From an uncultured Mycoplasmatota bacterium (GTDB taxonomy: Bacteria; Bacillota_I; Bacilli_A; RF39; UBA660): 64,000 nucleotides of DNA. The notes under the pieces are model-generated. The model had not been told where the DNA came from. It searched no databases and saw nothing but the letters and a program-made list of their open reading frames with translations. Within the stretch, counting starts at the first letter, position 1, and each line of letters starts with the position of its first letter. Both the position numbers and the translations under genes were made by a program. The stretch spans positions 1,097-65,096 of the forward strand of contig CAMPBR010000002.1 in NCBI GenBank assembly GCA_946639185.1. Reading direction: 5' to 3'. Shown in pieces: positions 29,575 to 39,200 of the stretch.

Positions 29575-30351
29575 ATGAAAAATAAAAAGTGGTATCAAAA
29601 AATAAGTAACTGGATTTTTATACTACTAGTAATGATATTATTACCAATATTGCTTATTAATATTTATATCATGATACAAGCAAATAATGATAATGATAAA
29701 GTACCTAGTGTATTTGGTTATAAACCATTTATTGTATTATCTGGTTCGATGGAAACTAAAATACATGTTGGTGACTTAATCATTACTAAAGAAATAGATC
29801 CAACTACTTTGGTAGTAAATGACGTTATAGCATTTAGAGACCAAGAAAATACCGTTACTACACATAGAATTATAGATATTGTAGAAAAAGATGGTGTTAC
29901 TTATTTTATAACTAAAGGTGATAATAATAATTCACAAGACCAAAATCTTGTAGAATATAAAGATGTTGAAGGTTTATATATCACACGTATTCCTAGTGTT
30001 GGTAATATGTTAAATGAAATTTCTAAACCAACAACAGTAGTAATTATTGGATTAGGATTAACAGTAGTATTTATACTAGCTTTCCAAATATCTAATAATA
30101 AATATAAAGATCAAGAAAAACAAGAATTTTTAGAATATAAGAAGATGAAAGAAAAGGAACAAAAAGAAAAAGAAGCAAAAGAGTCTTTAGAAGCAAAACA
30201 AACAAAAACTTCTAAAAAAACTACTGCTAAGAAATCTACTTCCAAAAAAGAAGAAAGTACTCCTAAGAAACAATCTTCTAAGACTACTAGCAAAAAGACT
30301 AGTACTAAAAGTACACAGTCTAAAAAGGTAGTTTCTAAAAAAACTAAATAA
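29575..30351 (+). CDS. sipW: SipW-type (archaeal/ER-type) signal peptidase I with a C-terminal Lys/Thr/Ser-rich tail of about 90 aa
   Basis: One TM helix, then the catalytic region LSGSMETKIHVGDLIITKEI ... VTTHRIIDI ... ITKGDNN. Tail: KKTTAKKSTSKKEESTPKKQSSKTTSKKTSTKSTQSKKVVSKKTK. Confidence 0.75.
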   Translation: MKNKKWYQKISNWIFILLVMILLPILLINIYIMIQANNDNDKVPSVFGYKPFIVLSGSMETKIHVGDLIITKEIDPTTLVVNDVIAFRDQENTVTTHRIIDIVEKDGVTYFITKGDNNNSQDQNLVEYKDVEGLYITRIPSVGNMLNEISKPTTVVIIGLGLTVVFILAFQISNNKYKDQEKQEFLEYKKMKEKEQKEKEAKESLEAKQTKTSKKTTAKKSTSKKEESTPKKQSSKTTSKKTSTKSTQSKKVVSKKTK

Positions 30352-30482
30352 TAATTTAACTACTCTGGTATTTGAACTACCTCAAGTAAATTTGGGTAAA
30401 CATTCTTAGGAGTGTTTACATAGATAGGATATATCTTTGGATATACTCCTAAGAAAGTTTTATTATGGGGGAGGTGAATCAA

Positions 30483-31067
30483 ATGACTAAAAAATTATCA
30501 ATCTTAGCTGCATTAGTATTAGCTGTTTTAGTAACTGCTAACTCTGTAGGTGGTACATACGCTAAGTATACTAGTACTTTTACTGGTGCTACATCATCTG
30601 CAAGAGTTGCTAAATGGGCTTTCGAAATTAATGATACTGCTGTAACAAATTCATTTACTTTCAATTTATTTGAAACTGTAAATGATACTAATGTTGCAAC
30701 TGGTACTAACGAAAATATAATTGCACCTGGTACATCTGGTTCATTTGCTATCAAATTAGCTAATAAGTCAGAAGTTAATGCAGTTTATACAGTAGATTAT
30801 ACAGTTACAAATGCAGCTAATATCCCAGTAGAATTTAGTATCGATGGTACTACTTGGACTACTGATTTAGCTGATGTAACTACACCAGTAGCTATCAATA
30901 TGAATGCTGATACTACTATCACAGTTCAATGGAGATGGGCATTCGTTGGTACTGGTAGTGCTAACTATGCTGATACTCAAACTGATGCTACTGATACTAC
31001 TTTAGGTATTGCTGGTACTGGTACTATTTCAGTTCAAGCTAATATTACTGCTACTCAAGTTGACTAA
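30483..31067 (+). CDS. TasA/camelysin-like secreted protein with a SipW-cognate signal peptide
   Basis: Strong SD (gggggaggtgaatcaaATG). The signal peptide ends in VGGTYAKYTSTFTG, comparable to the TasA GGTWAAFND motif. The C-terminal TITVQWRWAF resembles the TasA LQFSFEATQWNG strand. 194 aa. Confidence 0.55.
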   Translation: MTKKLSILAALVLAVLVTANSVGGTYAKYTSTFTGATSSARVAKWAFEINDTAVTNSFTFNLFETVNDTNVATGTNENIIAPGTSGSFAIKLANKSEVNAVYTVDYTVTNAANIPVEFSIDGTTWTTDLADVTTPVAINMNADTTITVQWRWAFVGTGSANYADTQTDATDTTLGIAGTGTISVQANITATQVD

Positions 31068-31165
31068 TAATAGATAGAAAGTTATTTTTATAACTTTCTG
31101 CTAAGTTCATTATTAGTAATGAATTTAGTAGAGCGTTATTAAATGCTAGAGAGGGGGAATTTATT

Positions 31166-33970
31166 ATGAATAATAATATATCTGATAATAAAAGAAATAA
31201 AAAAGTTATTATTAAGATAATTATGCTTATTGTGATTATCCTTCTTTTAGTATGTAGTTGTACTGCTACTAGATATTTTGGTAGAATTGGAAAACGTAAT
31301 TTGGAATTAAATAAAGATATTAATAATAAACCAGAACTTCCAATTATAAATAATGAAAACTTAAAATTTGATTTAGATAGTGATACTAATATTACTATTA
31401 GCGGTGATAAATATAAAATTAGTTATACAACTAAAGGTGTTAAATTAAAAAATCTAACATGTTCTACATCTGATTCTAAAATCGCTACATGTTATGTAGA
31501 AGATGGATATATAGTAGTTGTACCTAAAGGAAATGGTACAGTTGATATTATATTAGAAGGTATTACTAATGATACTAGATATCAATCTACTACTACAATA
31601 ACTGTTGGTAATAGTGAAGCATCTAGTAGTAATAATGATAGTAATGATGGTAACAATAGTAGTAATGGTAATAGTGGTACTAATACTAATACTCAAGTAG
31701 ATCCTGGTACTACTAGTGGTGGTAATACTGATGTTACTCCTGAAGTTGGAGATATAGTTGTAGATAGTGATTCTAGATTAAAATCTTTAACTGTTGGATC
31801 TTATTTATTAAAACCAAGTTTTAATTCTGAAGTTTATGATTATGTAGTTACTGTTGATAGCAGTGTTAACAAAGTTAATATTAAAGCTAAAACTAATTCA
31901 AATAGAGCTAAAATATTATCTGGTACTGGTAATATTAGATTAAATAGTAATTCGACTATAGTTTCTATTATTGTAGAAGCAGAAGATGGAACTACTAGTA
32001 CATATACAGTTAAGATTAATAAAAAAGATAATCCTACTGTTTTATCAAATGATGCGACTTTAAAGAAATTAGAAGCTACTAATTATACTTTAAATCCAAC
32101 TTTTGAAAGTAATACATTTAATTATGTTTTAGAAGTTGGATATAATGTAAATAGTTTAGATTTAACAGCTATAGCTAACTCTGAATATGCTAATGTAACT
32201 ATTAAAAATAATTTTAATTTTGTTACTGGAAATAATATAGTAGAAATAGTAGTAGTTGCAGAAGATGGAACTACTAATACTTATAAAATAACTGTTAATA
32301 AACAAGCTAAAGAAGAAGCATCTAAAGCTTCACTTAAAGATATTAAAATTAATGGTAATTCAATTAATAACTTTGATTCTAATGTTTTAACATATAATGT
32401 TACAGTAGATTCAAATACTAATAGTTTAAATATTGAAGGTATACCAGAATATGATAATACTAGTGTTGTAGTAACTGGTAATACTAATCTTAATCCAGGT
32501 ACTAATACAGTAGCTATTCTAGTTACTGGTAGTGATGGAAGTAGTAAAACTTATAATATTATAGTTAATAAAGAGAAAGATAGTACTAATACATTAACTA
32601 GTTTAGGAATTAAGAATTATTTATTAAATGAAGTATTTAGTGAAAATAAATTTAATTATTCTGTTAATGTAGGAGCTGATGTTACTGACTTAGAAGTTTT
32701 ATATACTAAGAAAGATTCTAGAGAAACAGTAGAAATTACTGGTAATACTAATATTGGTGTTAGTGGAAGTGAAATTTTAGTTAAAGTAATAGCTGAAGAT
32801 GGTATTTATAATACTTATAAGATTACAGTAATTAAAGCTATAGATCTTTCTCAATATTATATTTATTCAATAGAAAATTATACTCTAGGATATAATCCTA
32901 GTAATGATAATTCTAAAACTATTATTATTAATAATAATATTTTAGAAGGAAGTGTAGTAGTAGAAAAAACAAATTCATCTATTACATTAACTGATAGTAA
33001 TAATTCTAAAGTTGTTTTAACTTATAATGATTTAGATATTACTTATATTGAAGATACAACTCTTTCTTCATTAGCATTTAAAGTTAATTATACTTCTAGT
33101 GGTGTTAAGACTATTAATGTTACAGGTAGTATAGGAAATAATATTATTAAGACATATGATATTACTTTAAATATTACTAAACAATTTAATGTAGTATTAG
33201 ATGCTAATAATGGATTCTTTACTGAATTATCTGATAAGTATGAATTTATTGTTGATGATGGTGAAATGTTTGATTTAAGTATCTATAATACAGCATATAA
33301 ATTAGTTGATGATACTAGTTGTTTAACTTATAAGTTTATTGGTTATGATATAGATAAAACTAGTAATACTCCATTATATGAAGTTGATAGTTTATCTAGT
33401 ATTAGTATAACTAGTGATATAACTTTATATGCGGTATATAGTACTACAGATACTACTACATATGTATCTACTAATAATAGATTATATTTAACTAATATTG
33501 ATTTATTTGTACTTGAAGATGGTACTAAGAATTTAATATATCCTGGTACTAATGGATCATATGTTATGAGAATTAAAAATACAACTAATGATAAAGTAGT
33601 AATTGATTCAATTAAATTAGAAGAAAATAATATATGTATTGATAGTAATACTTGTGTCAATATGGGATATAAAGTTAGATATACAGAAAATAATAGTAAT
33701 ATTTATTCTTATGCGATAGGCTCTAGTAATAATTATAGAGTTATCTATAAAGAAGGAACTAGTGTAGATGCTAATTTTAATAATTTAGAATTAAATCCAG
33801 GAGAAGAGACAGAAATAACTTTATTCTGGATGTGGGCTTATTCAGAGTCTAGTAGTCAAGATAATATTGATACTAGTATTGGTAATTATATGAATTCTCA
33901 TCCAAACCTAACTTATGATATAACAGTATCATTTACATATTCTAAAGAAAGTAGTCAGTGTGGTAACTAA
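31166..33970 (+). CDS. Giant SipW-cognate surface protein: N-terminal anchor, five cadherin-like repeats and a C-terminal TasA-like domain
   Basis: Five ~90-aa repeats each end in ...AEDGTT(S/N)TYK(I/V)T(V/I)NK. The C-terminal region (NGSYVMRIKNTTNDKV ... ETEITLFWMWAY) parallels ORF 30483..31067 (TSGSFAIKLANKSEVN ... TITVQWRWAF). Confidence 0.6.
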   Translation: MNNNISDNKRNKKVIIKIIMLIVIILLLVCSCTATRYFGRIGKRNLELNKDINNKPELPIINNENLKFDLDSDTNITISGDKYKISYTTKGVKLKNLTCSTSDSKIATCYVEDGYIVVVPKGNGTVDIILEGITNDTRYQSTTTITVGNSEASSSNNDSNDGNNSSNGNSGTNTNTQVDPGTTSGGNTDVTPEVGDIVVDSDSRLKSLTVGSYLLKPSFNSEVYDYVVTVDSSVNKVNIKAKTNSNRAKILSGTGNIRLNSNSTIVSIIVEAEDGTTSTYTVKINKKDNPTVLSNDATLKKLEATNYTLNPTFESNTFNYVLEVGYNVNSLDLTAIANSEYANVTIKNNFNFVTGNNIVEIVVVAEDGTTNTYKITVNKQAKEEASKASLKDIKINGNSINNFDSNVLTYNVTVDSNTNSLNIEGIPEYDNTSVVVTGNTNLNPGTNTVAILVTGSDGSSKTYNIIVNKEKDSTNTLTSLGIKNYLLNEVFSENKFNYSVNVGADVTDLEVLYTKKDSRETVEITGNTNIGVSGSEILVKVIAEDGIYNTYKITVIKAIDLSQYYIYSIENYTLGYNPSNDNSKTIIINNNILEGSVVVEKTNSSITLTDSNNSKVVLTYNDLDITYIEDTTLSSLAFKVNYTSSGVKTINVTGSIGNNIIKTYDITLNITKQFNVVLDANNGFFTELSDKYEFIVDDGEMFDLSIYNTAYKLVDDTSCLTYKFIGYDIDKTSNTPLYEVDSLSSISITSDITLYAVYSTTDTTTYVSTNNRLYLTNIDLFVLEDGTKNLIYPGTNGSYVMRIKNTTNDKVVIDSIKLEENNICIDSNTCVNMGYKVRYTENNSNIYSYAIGSSNNYRVIYKEGTSVDANFNNLELNPGEETEITLFWMWAYSESSSQDNIDTSIGNYMNSHPNLTYDITVSFTYSKESSQCGN
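31770..32830 (+). repeat. Five tandem ~270-bp coding repeats (cadherin-like beta-sandwich modules) inside ORF 31166..33970
   Basis: DNA-level recurrences such as gcagaagatggaactactagtacatatacagttaagattaataaa, gcagaagatggaactactaatacttataaaataactgttaataaa and gctgaagatggtatttataatacttataagattacagtaattaaa. Confidence 0.55.
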
Positions 33971-34458
33971 TGAAAACTATTAGAAGAATAATAAAGTGGT
34001 TAGTATTAATTATATTATTACTTATTATGACATTTAATATGTATAGTTATATTAATGTTAAAGTTTTAGGTAATAAATTAAATACAGTAGGTGGATATTC
34101 TATTTTACAAGTTGTATCTCCATCTATGGAACCAACTATTCATGTTGGCAGTTTAGTATTAATTAATACAAAAGAAAGTAATTATAAAGTAAATGATATA
34201 GTTACTTATGAAGATGAGAATGGGTTGTTGGTTACCCATAGAATTATTGATATAGATGATGATTTTATGGTAACTAAGGGTGATAATAATGATAGTGATG
34301 ATGGTTTAATTAGTTTAGATGTTATTAAAGGAAAACTAATTTATCAATCACATATAGTAGGAGAAATTATTACAATTCTACAAAATAAAATAGTATTAAT
34401 ATTAATATTTATAATAGGAATACTTGGATGTGTAGAATTAGATAATAAAAAAGAATAA
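33970..34458 (+). CDS. Second SipW-type signal peptidase I (162 aa, no Lys-rich tail)
   Basis: VVSPSMEPTIHVGSLVLINTKE ... LVTHRIIDI ... VTKGDNN is paralogous to 29575..30351. The start overlaps the upstream stop (ATGA). Confidence 0.72.
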   Translation: MKTIRRIIKWLVLIILLLIMTFNMYSYINVKVLGNKLNTVGGYSILQVVSPSMEPTIHVGSLVLINTKESNYKVNDIVTYEDENGLLVTHRIIDIDDDFMVTKGDNNDSDDGLISLDVIKGKLIYQSHIVGEIITILQNKIVLILIFIIGILGCVELDNKKE

Positions 34459-34474
34459 AGAAAGGAAGATTAAT

Positions 34475-35026
34475 ATGAATATGTTACTGCATAGTAAGAC
34501 ATTTAAGAAAAACTTACTTAAATGGATAATTATATATTTTGGTGTAATTGCACTGTTTACTAGTGTAGTCACATATTCAAAATATATATCTAGTCAAGTA
34601 GCAGGATCGACTGCTAGTATAGCTAAGTTCCAAGTAGATATAATAAAAACTAAGATATGTTCTACGTTGGATACAGAACGTTGTAATTACTATGATACAG
34701 ATGGTAATTTACTTAATGAAGAATATAAGTTTAAACCATATGATTCTTTAGATTTTTACTTCAATGTTGATACACAAGAATTAGAGGTTTCTACTAAACT
34801 TGTTCTTACTATTCATGTAGATTCATCTAAAGTAAAAGTTATTTCTATAAATGGAGAAGAACAAGAAGAAGATAGATCTTTAATAACACTAATAGATCCT
34901 AAGATGGATATGGGTACTATTAAAGAATATATAATTAGAGTAGAGCCTAAGGGAACTTTGTATGAAAGTGAAGTTAATATGACTGAAGCAATTAAAATAG
35001 ATTATTCAGCTGTACAAATAGATTAA
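34475..35026 (+). CDS. Small putative SipW-cognate secreted protein (183 aa)
   Basis: A TM/signal segment is followed by TYSKYISSQVAGSTASIAKF, which resembles the TYAKYTSTFTGATSSARVAKW of the TasA-like protein. Confidence 0.45.
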   Translation: MNMLLHSKTFKKNLLKWIIIYFGVIALFTSVVTYSKYISSQVAGSTASIAKFQVDIIKTKICSTLDTERCNYYDTDGNLLNEEYKFKPYDSLDFYFNVDTQELEVSTKLVLTIHVDSSKVKVISINGEEQEEDRSLITLIDPKMDMGTIKEYIIRVEPKGTLYESEVNMTEAIKIDYSAVQID

Positions 35027-35042
35027 TAAGAAAGGTGGGATT

Positions 35043-36617
35043 TTGGTGAAAACTAAATTAAGAATTTATGTAGTTATATTACTTATTTGCTTTTTTAATA
35101 TTTCATGTTTTTCTGTTTTTCCAGAATCTCATGCTAAATATATTAAGGAAGAAGTAGATAAACTTACTTATGATGCTACTTTATATAAACTAACTGGTAA
35201 TTATAAAACTATAGGTATTAATAGAAATAGATCTACATCAACAACTGGTTATTTCTATATCTTATTTGATAGAAATACACTTATGTATGATAATGACACT
35301 ACTGATAATTATACGATTACAGTAGGATCTAATAATACTAGTACTTCTAGTATTTGTAAAATTGATTCTATTATATCTAGTGGTACTAATAGTAAAGTAA
35401 GTGATTATATATATGATGTTACATATGACCATAATGATAGTAATACAATTACTATAAATGTTATATGTGATATGGATGAAGAATACTATTTTAGTAATCC
35501 AAGTGATTATATAAATGTATCTTTATCAGTATCAGAAAATATCGATGGTGAAAAGACATTTACTTATATTAATACATCATATGTATTAACAACATATCAA
35601 GAGTATTATGAAGTATATGGATCTTTATACAATAAAGCTTTATATTTTATAAGAAATACATATGCTGATGATAGTTCATTAAGAGAAGTTGCTATGAGTT
35701 ATTTCAATTCAGTATTTTTAACTGATAGTGATATAGAAACTAAAACATTAGATGGATTTAATTATGATAGTTCTACTGGTACTTTCAGTTTAAGTAGTGA
35801 TTTCTTAAAATATGCTAGAACATATTATAGTACTACTAATGGTAATGGAAAATATTATTTCTATTTTGATAGTAGTAGTACTGATAGTAGTGCATTAAAT
35901 AGTTTATTTGAATATTATTTAAGTAAATATACTAATTTTAATGAAAGTGATTATAATGAATTAATAACATATGTTAATACTAAACCTAATGGTATTTTAG
36001 ATGTATTAACTAGTGGTTTAACTGGATTCTCTGTAGTAGATGATACAGCTTATAATCATAAGATATTATCATTTAAGGATTCTATTATTAATATAGCTAA
36101 CTATGTTAATAATCCAACTCCTGTTTCAGTAATAGCTATTAATAATGATAAAGTTTTTAATATGAAAGCTTATTTAAGAAATTATATTAATAATTATGAA
36201 GGTTTATCAGATACTGTTAAATCTGGATTAATAAATAATATAATTAGTGATGCTAATTATCAATTAAGTTTATTAGTGACAGCTAATGCTACTAATAATG
36301 GTACTCAATCAACAAACGATAGTTTCTCTGAATTATTCTTTGATACATTTGGTGAAGCTGGTCAAGAAGAAAAGATTATGGCAAATGTTTATGCTGATGG
36401 AGTTGAAGCTATTACGTATGTTAAGTTCTATAACTTAGAAGAAGGTAATACTGTTATATATACTTCACCAACTGAAATAACTGAAACTGATTATAATAGT
36501 TTTGTAGATGAAGTACATGAAGATGTATATGGTGAACCATTAGATACAGATTTACCATTACCGGATGCAACTTTAGAAAATGGATTCTATACATATGATT
36601 ATGTTATTGAAGAGTAA
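35043..36617 (+). CDS. Putative SipW-cognate secreted protein (524 aa), Ser/Thr/Asn/Tyr-rich. TTG or GTG start.
   Basis: SD aaaggtgggattTTG. The signal segment is followed by PESHAKYIKEE. A terminator follows. Confidence 0.45.
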   Translation: MVKTKLRIYVVILLICFFNISCFSVFPESHAKYIKEEVDKLTYDATLYKLTGNYKTIGINRNRSTSTTGYFYILFDRNTLMYDNDTTDNYTITVGSNNTSTSSICKIDSIISSGTNSKVSDYIYDVTYDHNDSNTITINVICDMDEEYYFSNPSDYINVSLSVSENIDGEKTFTYINTSYVLTTYQEYYEVYGSLYNKALYFIRNTYADDSSLREVAMSYFNSVFLTDSDIETKTLDGFNYDSSTGTFSLSSDFLKYARTYYSTTNGNGKYYFYFDSSSTDSSALNSLFEYYLSKYTNFNESDYNELITYVNTKPNGILDVLTSGLTGFSVVDDTAYNHKILSFKDSIINIANYVNNPTPVSVIAINNDKVFNMKAYLRNYINNYEGLSDTVKSGLINNIISDANYQLSLLVTANATNNGTQSTNDSFSELFFDTFGEAGQEEKIMANVYADGVEAITYVKFYNLEEGNTVIYTSPTEITETDYNSFVDEVHEDVYGEPLDTDLPLPDATLENGFYTYDYVIEE

Positions 36618-36640
36618 GTAAAACTTACTCTTTTTTTATT
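36612..36640 (+). terminator. Rho-independent terminator
   Basis: Stem gagtaag/cttactc followed by a T7 run. Confidence 0.65.
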
Positions 36641-36689
36641 TTCTTTTTTTGATTAGTTTGATATAATTTTTTTAGATTAGAGATGATAC

Positions 36690-37352
36690 ATGATGGGAAA
36701 AGAAAAATATTCAACATCTTTTTTGGAATTTTTAGAACCAAATAAGAATAAAGCTATAGCTGTTATTTCTAAGTGTCAATATGCTATTAATATAGATAGT
36801 GGTACTCATGAAGGAATGCTTGCTGATTTAATATCAAATATTAGACCTAGATTTTCTAAAAATAATTTTTCTATAGGGGATTGTATAATAATACTTGCAG
36901 ATAATGGTTATCCAGGTATTATATATATAGAACTTCCAAAAAGTCAAACGATAAGTTTAGAACAATATAATTGTTTAAGTGAAATACTTTATTATATTAA
37001 GAATTATAATCGTATATGTGCTTGGGAAAGACCTGGTTATGAATATGAAATAAATGTTAAGAATGGTAATAATGATATTGATATTAAGAAGAATTATGCT
37101 AATGATATAGATGGTTTATTAAAAATATTAAATAATTATGTTATTAATGATAATACTTTTTATAAAGAAAGAATTATAGGTAGAAAGTTTGATAATAAAG
37201 AAGAATATGTTGATAAAATAATTGAGTCTATGGATAGTGATACTAATAATTTAAAATATAAGGGTTATAGTAGTTTACCTATACTTATATTATTTTCTAC
37301 ATTTACTTCAATTACTGTTTTAATATTAGCTATATTTCTAATAATAGACTAG
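36690..37352 (+). CDS. Hypothetical protein (220 aa) with a C-terminal TM anchor
   Basis: The C-terminal hydrophobic helix is LPILILFSTFTSITVLILAIFLII. No motif. Confidence 0.4.
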   Translation: MMGKEKYSTSFLEFLEPNKNKAIAVISKCQYAINIDSGTHEGMLADLISNIRPRFSKNNFSIGDCIIILADNGYPGIIYIELPKSQTISLEQYNCLSEILYYIKNYNRICAWERPGYEYEINVKNGNNDIDIKKNYANDIDGLLKILNNYVINDNTFYKERIIGRKFDNKEEYVDKIIESMDSDTNNLKYKGYSSLPILILFSTFTSITVLILAIFLIID

Positions 37353-37412
37353 TTTTACTGGTCTTTTTTATATGTTTTTAGTATAATAATATTATGTGCT
37401 AGGAGGGATAAT

Positions 37413-38720
37413 ATGTTTGAATCACTTGGAGATAGACTACAAAATGCTCTTCATAAAATAAAGGGATATGGAAAAATAACTGAAGATAATATATCTGATA
37501 TGATGCGTGAAATTAGACTTGCATTATTAGAGGCAGATGTTAATTATCAAGTAGTAAAAGAGTTTACAAATACCGTTAAAGAGAAAGCTTTAGGTGAGGA
37601 AGTACAAAAATCAATTAAGCCTGGAGATTTGTTTGTTAAAATTGTACAAGATGAATTAACTGAATTATTAGGTGGAGAAAGTTCTCCTTTAAATACAAAT
37701 GGTAATCCAGCTATTTTAATGTTAGTTGGTTTACAAGGTTCAGGTAAAACTACTACTATTGGTAAGTTAGCTAATTATTTAAGAAAAAAACATGCTAAAA
37801 AGCCTCTTCTTGTTGCTTGTGATGTATATCGTCCAGCTGCTATTGATCAATTAAAACAATTAGGTAAACAACTTAATATAGAAGTATATGAAGAAGGAAA
37901 AGATGATCCTGTTAAGATTAGTAAAAATGCTATTAATTATGCTAAAGAAAATGGATATGATTATGTATTAATAGATACTGCTGGACGACTTCATATTGAT
38001 AGCGAATTAATGGAAGAAGTTAAAAATATTAGTTTAGAAGTTAAACCTCAAGAAATATTATTAGTAATTGATTCTATGATGGGTCAAGATGCTATTAATG
38101 TTATTAATGGATTTAATGATGCTCTAAAATTAACTGGTGTTATTTTAACTAAGTTAGATGGGGATACTAGAGGTGGAGTTGCTTTATCTGTTAGACATTT
38201 AACTAATGTTCCAATTAAGTTTATTGGTGTTTCTGAAAAATTAGATGGTTTAGATATGTTTGACCCAGAAAGAATGGCTGGAAGAATTTTAGGTATGGGT
38301 GATATTGTTTCACTTGTTGAAAAAGCTCAAGAAGCAATTTCAGAAGAAGAAGCTATGGATACTGCTAAAAAAATGCAATCTGGTAAGTATGATTTAGAAG
38401 ATTTCTTAAAACAAATGAAACAAATTAAGAAATTAGGACCACTTGAAAATATTATTAAGATGTTACCAGGAGCTAAAAAAATGGGACTTAATAATGTTAA
38501 TATTGATCCTAAACAAATGGCTCATGTTGAAGCTATAGTTTTATCTATGACGCCATATGAAAGACGTCATCCTGAAATAATTAAAGCAAGTAGAAAAACT
38601 AGAATTGCTAAAGGATGTGGATTATCAGTTTCAGAAGTAAATAAACTTTTAATGCAATTTGATAACATGAAAAAAATGATGAAACAAATGACATCAGGTA
38701 ATATGAAATTACCTTTCTAG
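37413..38720 (+). CDS. ffh: Signal recognition particle protein Ffh
   Basis: The NG domain carries GLQGSGKTTTIGKLA, DTAGR and TKLDG, and the C-terminal M domain is Met-rich. Confidence 0.92.
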   Translation: MFESLGDRLQNALHKIKGYGKITEDNISDMMREIRLALLEADVNYQVVKEFTNTVKEKALGEEVQKSIKPGDLFVKIVQDELTELLGGESSPLNTNGNPAILMLVGLQGSGKTTTIGKLANYLRKKHAKKPLLVACDVYRPAAIDQLKQLGKQLNIEVYEEGKDDPVKISKNAINYAKENGYDYVLIDTAGRLHIDSELMEEVKNISLEVKPQEILLVIDSMMGQDAINVINGFNDALKLTGVILTKLDGDTRGGVALSVRHLTNVPIKFIGVSEKLDGLDMFDPERMAGRILGMGDIVSLVEKAQEAISEEEAMDTAKKMQSGKYDLEDFLKQMKQIKKLGPLENIIKMLPGAKKMGLNNVNIDPKQMAHVEAIVLSMTPYERRHPEIIKASRKTRIAKGCGLSVSEVNKLLMQFDNMKKMMKQMTSGNMKLPF

Positions 38721-38729
38721 GGGGAAATT

Positions 38730-39110
38730 ATGGAACGTATCGTAACAATTAAATGTAGTGATCCATATACTAATAGTGAGTTATGGAATGGAAAAGTATT
38801 AGTTGATGATGGTAATATTGAAGGAATAAGTAATAATATTGATATTACTTATATAAGTGGACACTTCTTATTAGATGGTATCACTCTTTCTTTAATTAGA
38901 AATAATTGTGAAGATGAAATTTATAATTTAGGAAAAATTAAATCGGATGATGGAATAGATTATTATGATGGTACTTGTACTAATGTTTTTAATAAGCAAT
39001 ATAAAAGAATGATATCTTTTGAAGAAGATAATGATTTAATTGAAGCTAAAGTAATAGGTTTAAAGAAAAAAATAAATGATTATAAAAAAAATATAGTTGT
39101 TGGGATATAA
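38730..39110 (+). CDS. Hypothetical protein (126 aa) in the position where rpsP normally follows ffh
   Basis: SD ctagggggaaattATG. It does not resemble ribosomal protein S16. Confidence 0.4.
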   Translation: MERIVTIKCSDPYTNSELWNGKVLVDDGNIEGISNNIDITYISGHFLLDGITLSLIRNNCEDEIYNLGKIKSDDGIDYYDGTCTNVFNKQYKRMISFEEDNDLIEAKVIGLKKKINDYKKNIVVGI

Positions 39111-39138
39111 AGAAATGTAAACATTTCTTTTTCTTTTA
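39110..39138 (+). terminator. Rho-independent terminator
   Basis: Stem agaaatgt/acatttct followed by TTTTCTTTT. Confidence 0.6.
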
Positions 39139-39200
39139 GGCCAAAGAATTATGAACTAATAGTTATTCTTCATACTATAAAGTAGATAGGAGGAAAAACT

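Noticed and set aside
28448-30754. Minus-strand ORFs 28448..28660, 29106..29390, 30111..30293 and 30479..30754
   Set aside because: They are antisense to the Cys/His-repeat gene, sipW-1 and the TasA-like gene. In each case the plus-strand products carry the recognisable domains.
33343-33660. 105-aa minus-strand ORF inside the 934-aa gene
   Set aside because: Antisense shadow.
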